This document shows positions 18,880 through 28,201 of a stretch of 64,000 nucleotides of DNA, piece after piece. The DNA comes from Calditrichia bacterium. Lineage in GTDB: Bacteria > Calditrichota > Calditrichia > RBG-13-44-9 > J075. A program made the position numbers and the translations under genes. Position 1 is the stretch's first letter, and each line of letters opens with the position of its first letter. The notes beneath the pieces were generated by a model that made no database searches, was not told where the DNA came from, and was given only the letters and a program-made list of their open reading frames with translations. The DNA lies in contig JBOEGD010000009.1 of NCBI GenBank assembly GCA_050633245.1, positions 160,001-224,000 on the forward strand. The letters run 5' to 3'.

Positions 18880-21246
18880 CTATCTAACCAATTCACATGA
18901 GACTACAAAATTTCGCCCGGCAGCGTTAATGCCCGAAGCATGCTCCCGATAATTGACGTCAAAGATATTTTCCAGTGCAGTGCGTAAAACAAGTCCATCA
19001 AAAATAGTGACGCCACCGCGCAATGTAATAATCTGCCAGCCGGGTGTGCCCCCTGTTGGGATGCGATCATCATCAAGGTCATCTGCAGAAAGGCGATCTT
19101 GCTTCGCAGCGAAACGCGTAAAACCATCCAGCCAGTAGCGTTCTTGTTGCCAGCGCAGGCCCAACCGGCCAAACATTGGCGGCATCTTACCTATAGGCTC
19201 ATCAAGAGACGTATTTTGTCCATAGCTAAAAGACAGTGAGGCATAGCTGCTGAGGTTCGGCGTAATCTCTGCACGTAAGCTGCTTTCAAATCCGGCAACA
19301 TAGGCTTCCCCGCTATTGGCCTTCTGCTTAACCTTCAGAGAATCCCCACCGGTAATAAAGATTGGGCTGCCGTTAAACGTCGCATCTACGCTTGAAAGTA
19401 AGTCAGAAATACGAGAATAGAAGCCGGTCAGTTCACCGCGAATCCGGCCGTTATGATGTCGCAGACTCGCGTCGAAACTAAGAATCTTTTCTGGCTCGAG
19501 ATCGGTGTTCGGCACTTCATAGGTATCTCCCTTAGATTCACCTAACTTTGCCAGATCGCTCAGGTTCGGGGCACGAAACCCCTGTCCGGCGTTTATACTA
19601 ACGCTCCAGCTACCGGTAAATTTATAGACCGATCCGATATTACCCGTGAGTGCTTTAAAGTTTTGTTGAACACTTTGCAACCCATTACCGGCACCATCGG
19701 CTACGTCAAACTCCGTATCAAAGCTACTGTAACGCAATCCGCCCACCAATAGAAATTTGTCGGTCGGGTACCATTCATTTTGCACAAAATAGCCAAAGCT
19801 GGTATATCGCGCATCGTCCGGATAGCGCCCACGGCTGTTTACCGTAACCTCATTGCTAATTGCATCAGTATCAAAACTGCCGCTGGCAACGCGATCATTA
19901 TAGCTTTCCAGGCCATAATTCAATACATTTCTACCGAAGTTTGAGGTAAGTTGAATGCTGCTGCCAAACGTCTTGGTATCGTCGTTTTCCGTCTCAATAA
20001 CCGAGTCAGCACGCTTTTGAGTTATACGACCTTCCTGTTGGCGATTAAAAGATGCCGTAAACGTGGAGGCTGAAAACCAACTGCTTATCTCCGGCTCATG
20101 CGTATACTTCAAATATCCCAGCGTGCGAATTTGCGGATCATAGAGCCAGGTAATATTGCTTCCACTTTCGTATTTGTCATAGCGTGGCACCTCTTCCTGC
20201 TCAGCATGCTGCCAAGCCAAAACAACATTGTGCTCTCTGTTCGGCTGCCAGACCAGCTTGGCATCTGCATCATAACCGCTAAAGCCGGAGGGGCTCTGCT
20301 TTAAACCATTAGTTGAGTTTTCCAACAGGGGGTTATCGCTATTGTCGCCACGCCGCAGATCTCCAAACTCCTTTAGACTGTAGCCGCCGCTCAACGAAAA
20401 GTTGCGGTTGTAAACTGCCCCCTGGGCACGTCCGCTATTTTCCGCATCAGCACTGGCATATCGCCCACTTAAATGAGCATTGTAGCTGATACCCTCACTA
20501 TCTGTGAGCAGTGACGGCTGCTGTGTTACCAAGTTAATTGTACCACCGATGGCATCGCTTCCGTAAAGAACCGATGTCGGGCCACGCACAATCTCGATGC
20601 GGTTCAGCATATTGTGGTCAATAGTAGTCAGATATTGATGATTGCCTAAACGATAGGTAGAATTGTTCAGGCGGATGCCATCCACCAAGATCAGAATTCG
20701 ATTTGAGGAAAAGCCCCGAATAATTGCCGATCCCCCACCATGATTTGTTTTCTGAACAAAAACACCGGTCTCTTCCCGCAGCGCTTCTGCCGAGGTCTTC
20801 GCCTGCCTTTCCTTTATTGCGGGAGCTTCAATAAGATTTATTGACGTCGGAATATCTTCGATTGCCTTTCGCGAGCGGGATGCTGTTACCACATATTCAC
20901 TAAGCTCTACCGTAGCAGGTTGCAGCACAATATCGCCCATATCAACGGCCGCAGTGGCGACATTTATATTCAATTTTCGAAGCTGAAAACCAACGAACTC
21001 AACATGTAAAACATATTCACCGGAAGAGACATCAAAGGAGAAGGTGCCATTTTTGCGGGAGAAGGCTCCGACTTCGATTTCAGGAATGCTGATTTGCGCA
21101 TCTTGTATCGTTTCGCCGTTATTATCCAGAACCCTTCCGGAAACCGTAAGCGTTTGTGCAAAAAGCCCCGAAGAAAAACCAATTAATGCGGCAAAAAAGA
21201 AGCATATATATATATTCAAAACATTATCTCCATCGCAAAAGATCAT
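18880..21246 (-). CDS. TonB-dependent receptor (FRAP-motif class); start uncertain
   Basis: Carboxypeptidase-regulatory-like N-domain, TonB box EYVVTASR, plug IRG...ILVDGIRLN...IEIVRGP.SVLYGSDAIGG, GFRAPNL...PNTDLEPE, ENIFD.NY. Confidence 0.9.
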   Translation of the reverse strand: MIFCDGDNVLNIYICFFFAALIGFSSGLFAQTLTVSGRVLDNNGETIQDAQISIPEIEVGAFSRKNGTFSFDVSSGEYVLHVEFVGFQLRKLNINVATAAVDMGDIVLQPATVELSEYVVTASRSRKAIEDIPTSINLIEAPAIKERQAKTSAEALREETGVFVQKTNHGGGSAIIRGFSSNRILILVDGIRLNNSTYRLGNHQYLTTIDHNMLNRIEIVRGPTSVLYGSDAIGGTINLVTQQPSLLTDSEGISYNAHLSGRYASADAENSGRAQGAVYNRNFSLSGGYSLKEFGDLRRGDNSDNPLLENSTNGLKQSPSGFSGYDADAKLVWQPNREHNVVLAWQHAEQEEVPRYDKYESGSNITWLYDPQIRTLGYLKYTHEPEISSWFSASTFTASFNRQQEGRITQKRADSVIETENDDTKTFGSSIQLTSNFGRNVLNYGLESYNDRVASGSFDTDAISNEVTVNSRGRYPDDARYTSFGYFVQNEWYPTDKFLLVGGLRYSSFDTEFDVADGAGNGLQSVQQNFKALTGNIGSVYKFTGSWSVSINAGQGFRAPNLSDLAKLGESKGDTYEVPNTDLEPEKILSFDASLRHHNGRIRGELTGFYSRISDLLSSVDATFNGSPIFITGGDSLKVKQKANSGEAYVAGFESSLRAEITPNLSSYASLSFSYGQNTSLDEPIGKMPPMFGRLGLRWQQERYWLDGFTRFAAKQDRLSADDLDDDRIPTGGTPGWQIITLRGGVTIFDGLVLRTALENIFDVNYREHASGINAAGRNFVVSCELVR

Positions 21247-21461
21247 CTATAAAAATAAGATTTAAAGATACACACCAAAGCTATTAAGGCAACCGAAAAC
21301 TCTATTTCTTCTACGCAGAAATTACTCATAGTTTCCTATTTCGGTTCGTAGCGGACCGTTATTTAAATTCCACCTGACAAATTCGTGACTCTAACGTCTT
21401 TTCCTGTACGATATTTTCCTATAATAACCACTGAAAAGGGCCGTAATTAAGCCGTTTTTTG

Positions 21462-21490
21462 TTGCTTAATTATAAAGCTGTCCTTAATTT
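21462..21490 (+). promoter_or_regulatory. Sigma70-like promoter upstream of the candidate ncRNA
   Basis: TTGCTT-N17-TAATTT. Confidence 0.4.
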
Positions 21491-21530
21491 AGTGAAGAGT
21501 GCGCACGAAACTCGAAATGTCGCCCGTTGC

Positions 21531-21644
21531 CAGGTATGTTCGTGACGTGGCAATAATGAGAATCTGTCGTCGCTTACCGACGATACTGTTTGTGTTCCCC
21601 TGCACAACTCTACAGGGATGGTTCCACCTATGGCGGCATAACTG
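21531..21644 (+). ncRNA. Candidate compact 6S-like RNA
   Basis: Closing stem CAGGTATGTTCGT/GCGGCATAACTG (ATGTTCG...CGGCAT as in E. coli 6S), inner GTGG/CCAC stem, central bubble with a 3' hairpin CCCTG/CAGGG, apical stem GTCGTCG/CGACGAT. Confidence 0.55.
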
Positions 21645-21730
21645 AAGAGGCCGTTCTTTTTTCGGCTTTAGATTGACACATGTGCGTATTGGATTAATCG
21701 GTAGATATTCCTCCAATCGAGGCAGGCTTA

Positions 21731-24700
21731 GTGATGGGCTTTAAAAATATTTGCATTGGATGCATGGCTGAGAAAGTCCCGGGTGAGGTTTGTCGGGAAT
21801 GTAAATGGCCTGACAGCGATCAGCCTGAAGCTCCACATCATTTACCGCCGCGAACCATTCTCAACAATGTGTATCTTACCGGTCGGGTATTAAGCGAAGA
21901 CGAATTCGGTATTATCTACCTTGCTATGGAAATGAGCTCGCGAGAGAAGCTCATTATCAAAGAGTTTTTCCCACGTGCATTTGTAACCCGCCACCATAAT
22001 ACCATTCAGGTTTTAGAAAGCAATGAAACGCTGCAGGACTTCTATAACTTTGGCCTTGGCCAGTTTATTGAAGAGGGCATGGCGCTGCTCAACTCGCGTG
22101 ATGTTGCCGGACTGCAGCGCACGCATGATTTGTTTCGTTTAAATGGGACCGCCTATCAGGTTATGGATCATATTGAAGGCATCTCGCTGGAGACAACCCT
22201 CAATCTGTTGGGCAAGGTGCTTTCTTTTCAAAACGTGCTGAAGATTATTTTCCCCATAATGAATGCGCTGGAGCACCTGCACAATACAGGACTTCTGCAC
22301 TACGACATTCATCCCGGCAATATCATTGTAACCGGTGATGGCGGTGGCGTGCTGGTTAATTTTTCGGCCTCTAATTTTGCCATTGCTCAACGCGAAAACA
22401 ATTTATCATCAATATTACGCCCGGGATATTCACCGCCCGAGCTCTATATCAAAGATGATGCCTTTTCACCACAGAGCGATATCTATTCTCTGGCTGCATC
22501 GATTCATCGTGCAATTTGCGGTAGCAGTCCGCCAAACGCGCTTTCTCGGCTCGAAAATGACACCATCAAAATGCCGGCACGCCTGAACCCGACCGTTTCG
22601 GAAAAAGGTCAGAGCTCTTTGATGAAAGGACTTGCTGTTCGTCCGGCCGCTCGCTATCAGAACATTGTAGACTTTCGTCGCGAGATTCTCAGCGGTATGA
22701 AGGTGAAAGAACCGAAGGGTAAGCCAGCGGTAAAACAACCAAAAAATGCGCAAGATGCTTTTTCGGCAATTACTTGTCCTGTCTGCGCAACGCGCAATGA
22801 AGTACTGAAAAACGATCTTAAGCTCGGCACCAGCCAGTGTCGGGCATGTAGCCATCCGTTTATTTTGGATGATAGGGATAATCTTACCACGCCTTCTACC
22901 TTTAAACCTGTTGCCAATAAAACCAGTGCAGTTGCACCTCATGCACCGGCAAAGAAAGAGCCGGGGCACGCCTATTCTTTCACTATCGTTAAATGCGAAA
23001 AGTGTAAAATAGACAACGAGGTTTTACTTAACGACCTGCAAGCTGGAGCACTGTGTTTTAATTGCGCTACAGTACTAACCGAAGAGATTGAGCACGTCGC
23101 TTCGGCAGACAATGGTAAAATTCGTAAAGCTGTCGCTGAAGCCGCTGCTGCAAAGAAGACGAAGCAGCAGACACCTTTACCAAAAAAGACAGCCAAACCC
23201 AAGTCGGTACCAAAACAAACCGTTTCTACGGTTGAAGCGCCTGTCAAACCTGTCGAGAAGCCCCCGGCTGTGGAAACACCGCCCTCAGAGAAGGTGCATA
23301 CTAACGGTACTCACAAGCCAAAGGCAGATAGACCGGCAACAGCGAAGCCCAAGCGTGTTCGCCGTCCAAGAATACCTTTCTCCCCTCCTCCACCCGTTGC
23401 AGATGAACGAAAAGGTGGATTTCTGGATGATACCGGAGAATTTGAGCACGGTGAAGATGGTGCGCTCAGCAGTACAGAAGCAAAGCTTACATGCCCGAGC
23501 TGTTCTACAGTGAACCTGGTTCCTGTCGCCTCTCTGGCAAATGGCGCCTCTTGTGAAAACTGTGGAGCCGTGCTGCTGCATATTGCAGAAGACGCTCTCG
23601 ATAAGGCAGACGCTGAAAAATCTACGAAGACCAAAACACCTATTCTGGATGAAGTAAAGCCGCCGGAGTTTGAAATCGACGACGCAGAAGAAGATCTTCC
23701 ACCCTTCGATGCCTCGCTATACGATATCAGACCCGAAGAACCAACACAGGAATTCGACAATCTGGATTTGGATAACTCAATACTTATTGAGCCGGATGAA
23801 GATGCCTCAATCATCATCGAACCGGATGAGGACGCGTCCATTTTAATCGATCCGGAAACCTCGATTTTCGATGGTGAAGAACTGTTGCTTAAACCTGAAG
23901 CGCCAACGCAAGAATTTCCTACGTTCGATGAACAGCTGTCAGAACAACAAGACAACGACGTTTCAATTTTTGATGGTGAAAACTTACTGATTGAGCCTGA
24001 AGCGCCAACCAAGGATTTTGATAAAGCGCCGATCCAAAATGACGATCAGCTCTTGTCAGACGATTCACGCTACTCTGGCGAAGAAAGCACCTTATTCCAT
24101 CTAAACGATGAGGCAAAAAAGGACGCTCTGGAGGTCAAGCCAAATTCAATGCTTCCCGGCGAAGAAGACAAGTCTCTTATCGACAAAAGTGGCTTTAGTG
24201 GCGATCCATCTCTGTTAGATGTTAAGAGTCATACATTTCATGATGATATTGTGCCACAAGATCCCTCCATATTGGATATAGATTCCAAAACGGTTCACGA
24301 TGAGCCAGACGAAGGACGTATCACTGAAGCAGATCTGTTTCCCGTTCTGGATCAGTCGGAGCCCGAGGAGCTTGAAGAAAGCAGTCTGAAAGTTATCACC
24401 TGCCGACGCTGTGGTCGTAAAAACAGCTATCATCCTGAAAACGTTAAAGACGGCCTTCGCTGCCGTTACTGCAAGCGCTCTTTCGAAGCGGACCAGACCG
24501 ACACCGGATTAAATCTCAGTGTTGAACAGAAGAATGAGCTGTTAAATCTGTCGGACAGTAAAGAAGTAGACGAGGAACAAAGCGTTACTGTTGTCGCCTG
24601 CCCAAAATGCAAAACCCGAAATTTTGTTCAGGCCAGCACAATTCTGGAAGGTGGTGAATGTAGCCGCTGTGGCCATTCTTTCCTAAGCGAGCCGATTCAA

Positions 24701-26422
24701 TCTCCTACTCCGGCAGAAGTAGAAGCAGATCCGAGTTTTGAAGAGGAAATACCATACGACATTGGCAACGAAGGACGTAAGAAATTGCTCTTTGTCGGTT
24801 CCATTCTGGCGGTACTCCTTGTCGCACTTGGCAGTGTATTCTATTGGGCAATGTCGAATCAGTCTCGTCAGGATAAACTGACGGAATATCTGACGGCCGC
24901 TCGTGTTGCCAGCAGCCAGGGTAAGCATTCCGTCGCAATTGAGAATCTGGAAGGCGCCTTAATTATCAGGCCCGAAGACAGAAATATTCTGCAAAAGCTG
25001 GAGCGTAGCAAGCAACAGCTCGAGCAGCAGCAACAGCTGAAGCTGGAAGAAAAAAGACAGCAGACTTTCCTGGAAGATGAACGAGTGGCAGCGGACTCTC
25101 TTTTTGCAGCAAAAAGTTATGAGGACTCGCAGTCTGCCTATGAATTCCTACTCGACGCTCAACCGGAAGATACGTTTATCGTTGAACGTTTGAACATTAT
25201 TGCCGAAAAGCTAAAGCAGCCAAAACCACGGCGCGCTCGGCAGACAACCGCACGTTCATCTAATAGTACACCTGTAACACAGCGCTTGAGAATCCGTTCG
25301 GGCGGAGATTTACAAAGCTATGTCCGGCGCGCTAAGCCAAATTCTTTAATTACTCTGGCCAGCGGCATCTACACATTGTCTTCACCTCTGATCATTGATA
25401 AATCTATTAGCATCGAGGGCGAAGGAATGAACAAATCGCTCATCGTCTCCAGCGTTACCGGTAACAGTATTGAAATTCGCAATGGTGCGGTGTTCAAAGC
25501 GAATATGATTGGAATGGAACTACAAAGCGGTCAGCAGGGCAATTTAATTTATGTGGACAATGGTGAAATTGACGTGCGCAAGTCTTCTCTGAAAGGTGCT
25601 TTGAAACCCGGATCAGATGGCAATAGCGGCTGTGCGGTTTGGTTTGCCAAGCGATCGCGCGGTAAGCTACACACGAACCAATTCTCCAGCAATAACATTG
25701 CCGTGCGTATTTCCGGTAGCGCCGACCCGGTAATATCGAGCAATGATATGCTAAACAATAAGGTCGCCATCGAAATCGGCGAGAGCGCCAAATCGATGAT
25801 CCGCGGTAATCGAATCAAGTCGAACAAGCTGGATGGCATTCAAATAATTGGCAGCGCAAATCCGCTCATCGACGGAAATACAATTACCGAAAACAAGCGC
25901 AATGGAGTCTGGCTTGAAATGGAGAAATCAGGCGGCACCCTACGCAATAATCAGATTCTTTACAGTGGTGAAGTCGGCATCTTGCTAACCGGAGCAGCTA
26001 AACCTTCCATCGAGAAAAATAAGGTTCGCTTTAATACGCGAGGCGGATTGCACTATCGTGAGAATTCTGGTGGATCTTGTCAAAACAATGAGATTAAGGA
26101 AAATAAGTACGGCATTAAGATTGCCAACAATGCAACGCCACGAATTTGGGAAAACCAAATCAGTCAGAACAAGGGTGACGGCATCGAGATTGTCAACAAA
26201 GCCAAGCCAACGATCAACAAAAATATGATCTCCAGCAATGACGCGGATGGCATTAGCCTGGTGCTCGATCAAAATGGTGGTGTCATCACAAATAATCAAT
26301 CGCTAAGAAACAGGGGCTACGGTATCAGTTTTCTGAATGACTTTCGCCCCACCAACTTGCTAAATAATATTACGACCGGAAACTACGAAGGCGACATCTA
26401 CGAAGACGAAGAGTCGCTCTAA
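21731..26422 (+). CDS. 1563-aa membrane protein: zinc ribbon, Ser/Thr pseudokinase, five TrxC-like zinc ribbons, acidic linker, TM, TPR-like helices, right-handed beta-helix
   Basis: CIGC/CREC; kinase motifs IIKEF, HYDIHPGN, NFS, GYSPPE, DIYSLA; five CxxC-x17-CxxC-type units; TM LLFVGSILAVLLVALGSVFYWAM; repeated I..N.I..N...GI.I turns. Confidence 0.85.
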   Translation: MMGFKNICIGCMAEKVPGEVCRECKWPDSDQPEAPHHLPPRTILNNVYLTGRVLSEDEFGIIYLAMEMSSREKLIIKEFFPRAFVTRHHNTIQVLESNETLQDFYNFGLGQFIEEGMALLNSRDVAGLQRTHDLFRLNGTAYQVMDHIEGISLETTLNLLGKVLSFQNVLKIIFPIMNALEHLHNTGLLHYDIHPGNIIVTGDGGGVLVNFSASNFAIAQRENNLSSILRPGYSPPELYIKDDAFSPQSDIYSLAASIHRAICGSSPPNALSRLENDTIKMPARLNPTVSEKGQSSLMKGLAVRPAARYQNIVDFRREILSGMKVKEPKGKPAVKQPKNAQDAFSAITCPVCATRNEVLKNDLKLGTSQCRACSHPFILDDRDNLTTPSTFKPVANKTSAVAPHAPAKKEPGHAYSFTIVKCEKCKIDNEVLLNDLQAGALCFNCATVLTEEIEHVASADNGKIRKAVAEAAAAKKTKQQTPLPKKTAKPKSVPKQTVSTVEAPVKPVEKPPAVETPPSEKVHTNGTHKPKADRPATAKPKRVRRPRIPFSPPPPVADERKGGFLDDTGEFEHGEDGALSSTEAKLTCPSCSTVNLVPVASLANGASCENCGAVLLHIAEDALDKADAEKSTKTKTPILDEVKPPEFEIDDAEEDLPPFDASLYDIRPEEPTQEFDNLDLDNSILIEPDEDASIIIEPDEDASILIDPETSIFDGEELLLKPEAPTQEFPTFDEQLSEQQDNDVSIFDGENLLIEPEAPTKDFDKAPIQNDDQLLSDDSRYSGEESTLFHLNDEAKKDALEVKPNSMLPGEEDKSLIDKSGFSGDPSLLDVKSHTFHDDIVPQDPSILDIDSKTVHDEPDEGRITEADLFPVLDQSEPEELEESSLKVITCRRCGRKNSYHPENVKDGLRCRYCKRSFEADQTDTGLNLSVEQKNELLNLSDSKEVDEEQSVTVVACPKCKTRNFVQASTILEGGECSRCGHSFLSEPIQSPTPAEVEADPSFEEEIPYDIGNEGRKKLLFVGSILAVLLVALGSVFYWAMSNQSRQDKLTEYLTAARVASSQGKHSVAIENLEGALIIRPEDRNILQKLERSKQQLEQQQQLKLEEKRQQTFLEDERVAADSLFAAKSYEDSQSAYEFLLDAQPEDTFIVERLNIIAEKLKQPKPRRARQTTARSSNSTPVTQRLRIRSGGDLQSYVRRAKPNSLITLASGIYTLSSPLIIDKSISIEGEGMNKSLIVSSVTGNSIEIRNGAVFKANMIGMELQSGQQGNLIYVDNGEIDVRKSSLKGALKPGSDGNSGCAVWFAKRSRGKLHTNQFSSNNIAVRISGSADPVISSNDMLNNKVAIEIGESAKSMIRGNRIKSNKLDGIQIIGSANPLIDGNTITENKRNGVWLEMEKSGGTLRNNQILYSGEVGILLTGAAKPSIEKNKVRFNTRGGLHYRENSGGSCQNNEIKENKYGIKIANNATPRIWENQISQNKGDGIEIVNKAKPTINKNMISSNDADGISLVLDQNGGVITNNQSLRNRGYGISFLNDFRPTNLLNNITTGNYEGDIYEDEESL

Positions 26423-26423
26423 T

Positions 26424-27482
26424 TTAATCTACCCAGTCTGCCAGAAAGATATTGGTATCACCCTTGTTTTTGTTAAAGCGATTTGATCCAAAAACCAATT
26501 GCTTACCATCCCGAGAGAACATCGGAAATCCATCAAAAGTTTCATTAAACGTAACCTGTTCAAGGCCACTGCCATCTACATTTATGATGTAAAGGTCAAA
26601 GTTCCGCCCACTCTTGCTGTTTATATTAGATGAAAAAATAATGCGCTTTCCATCCGGATGAAAATAAGGTGCAAAGCTTGCCTTGCCAAGATTGGTCACC
26701 TGCCGGATGTTTTCGCCATCGACATCCATTACGTAAATTTCCAGTGCCGTTGGTCGAACATAGCCTTTTTCAACCAGCTCGTTGTAGTCTTCCTGCTCTT
26801 CCGGCGTTCTTGGTCGGCTTGCACGAAACACTATTTGTGAACCATCCGGAGAAAAAAACGGACCGCCATCGTAACCGCGAAGATTTGTTAACCGCTTTTG
26901 ATTTCCGCCATCCAAATCCATAGTGTAAATCTCCGGGTCTCCATCGCGCGTTGTGGTAAAAGCAATCTTATCACCACGCGGTGAAACAACAGCTTCCGCA
27001 TCATAACCCGGGGTATCTGTCAACTGTTTTACAATGTTGCCTTCCCTATCAGCAACAAAAATATCAAAGCTATCATAAAGCTGCCAAACGTAACCATGAG
27101 AGCGATCTGGTGGTGGCGGACAAGCATCGTTGTCCAAATGGGTAGAGGCGTAAACGACAGTGCTGTCACCGGGCATAAAAAATGAGCATGTCGTGCGCCC
27201 TTTTCCGGTCGAAACCATCGTATTTTCCGAACCGTCCAACTTCATGGTGTAAATCTGATCGCATTCAAAGCTGCCCACTTTGGCCTGATAAACTAACCGG
27301 GTTTGATCGAACGAAAAATATGCTTCCGCGTTCTCCCCTGCTTCAGTCAGCATGCGAATATTCGTGAGATGTCTCTCACCAGAAAAGACATACTGATCAT
27401 TTACTTTTTGTTCCTGTGCTTTTTGCTCGCAACCGACAAATAAAATCACTGCGCAAAGAAATATTGAGGCGATATTTTGCAT
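26424..27482 (-). CDS. PD40 (TolB-like beta-propeller) lipoprotein
   Basis: Lipobox FVGC; repeats GYDAEAVVSPRG, GYDGGPFFSPDG, FAPYFHPDG, FDGFPMFSRDG. Confidence 0.88.
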   Translation of the reverse strand: MQNIASIFLCAVILFVGCEQKAQEQKVNDQYVFSGERHLTNIRMLTEAGENAEAYFSFDQTRLVYQAKVGSFECDQIYTMKLDGSENTMVSTGKGRTTCSFFMPGDSTVVYASTHLDNDACPPPPDRSHGYVWQLYDSFDIFVADREGNIVKQLTDTPGYDAEAVVSPRGDKIAFTTTRDGDPEIYTMDLDGGNQKRLTNLRGYDGGPFFSPDGSQIVFRASRPRTPEEQEDYNELVEKGYVRPTALEIYVMDVDGENIRQVTNLGKASFAPYFHPDGKRIIFSSNINSKSGRNFDLYIINVDGSGLEQVTFNETFDGFPMFSRDGKQLVFGSNRFNKNKGDTNIFLADWVD

Positions 27483-27646
27483 AATATAGTCCTACATTTA
27501 GTTTGTTTTATCCGCTCAATATAAGATGAGAGCAGTTCTTCAACCAGAAAAAAAGGTAATAGTTAAGCCGCTGTTTTTCATTGCAACTTATCCATATTAT
27601 GCTGCATATTTACTTGCAGAAGATAATTAAGTCATGTAGTTAGAAC

Positions 27647-28201
27647 ATGGAGTATTGGTTGAAATTTTTATGCATTCTTATTTTTGTAATTTCCGTTCCG
27701 GCATTGGCTCAAGTTAATAACACCGCGCAAACACTTTCTCCCGGTACATTTGCTCTTTCTGTAGCACCGGTATTCATCGAGGCAGCAGATGACAGCGATC
27801 TTCAGGTATACTTTTTTACAGACTATGGTATTCGCAGCGGCCTGGATGTATCGCTGCGCTTTGGCAGTGGAGAAAACATATATATCGGCGGGGATCTGGA
27901 GTGGGCGCTTCACAAATCGGTGCCTTACATTTCCTTTTCAGCAGGCGCACACTACCAAAATGGCCCAGGCTCAGACATGACGCTCTTGGGCACAATTCCG
28001 CTCAACAAAAACGTTGAGTTTTTTAGCGGAATTGATTCTGACTTCGAGTTTCGAAACGATGATATTCAAAATGAATTGTGGTGGGCAATTGGCGCGGAGA
28101 TTGTTCTCCGCAGCCGTCTTATCGCCATACTGGAAGCCGACATACCGCTCTCGCAAGCTGCGCGAACACAAGCGGGTCTTGCGCTTAAGATTTATTTTTA
28201 A
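27647..28201 (+). CDS. Hypothetical small outer-membrane beta-barrel protein
   Basis: Signal peptide ALA-Q, amphipathic strands, C-terminal LKIYF beta-signal. Confidence 0.65.
   Translation: MEYWLKFLCILIFVISVPALAQVNNTAQTLSPGTFALSVAPVFIEAADDSDLQVYFFTDYGIRSGLDVSLRFGSGENIYIGGDLEWALHKSVPYISFSAGAHYQNGPGSDMTLLGTIPLNKNVEFFSGIDSDFEFRNDDIQNELWWAIGAEIVLRSRLIAILEADIPLSQAARTQAGLALKIYF

Noticed and set aside
21520-21660. Cobalamin riboswitch on the minus strand upstream of the TonB receptor
   Set aside because: Only fragments (GGGAA, GCCAC, ACCTG) match; the core cobalamin-riboswitch stems are absent, and the plus-strand 6S-like fold explains the sequence better.
23311-24012. Ser-rich 233-aa minus-strand ORF
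   Set aside because: Mirror of the Asp/Glu-rich linker codons of the pseudokinase gene.
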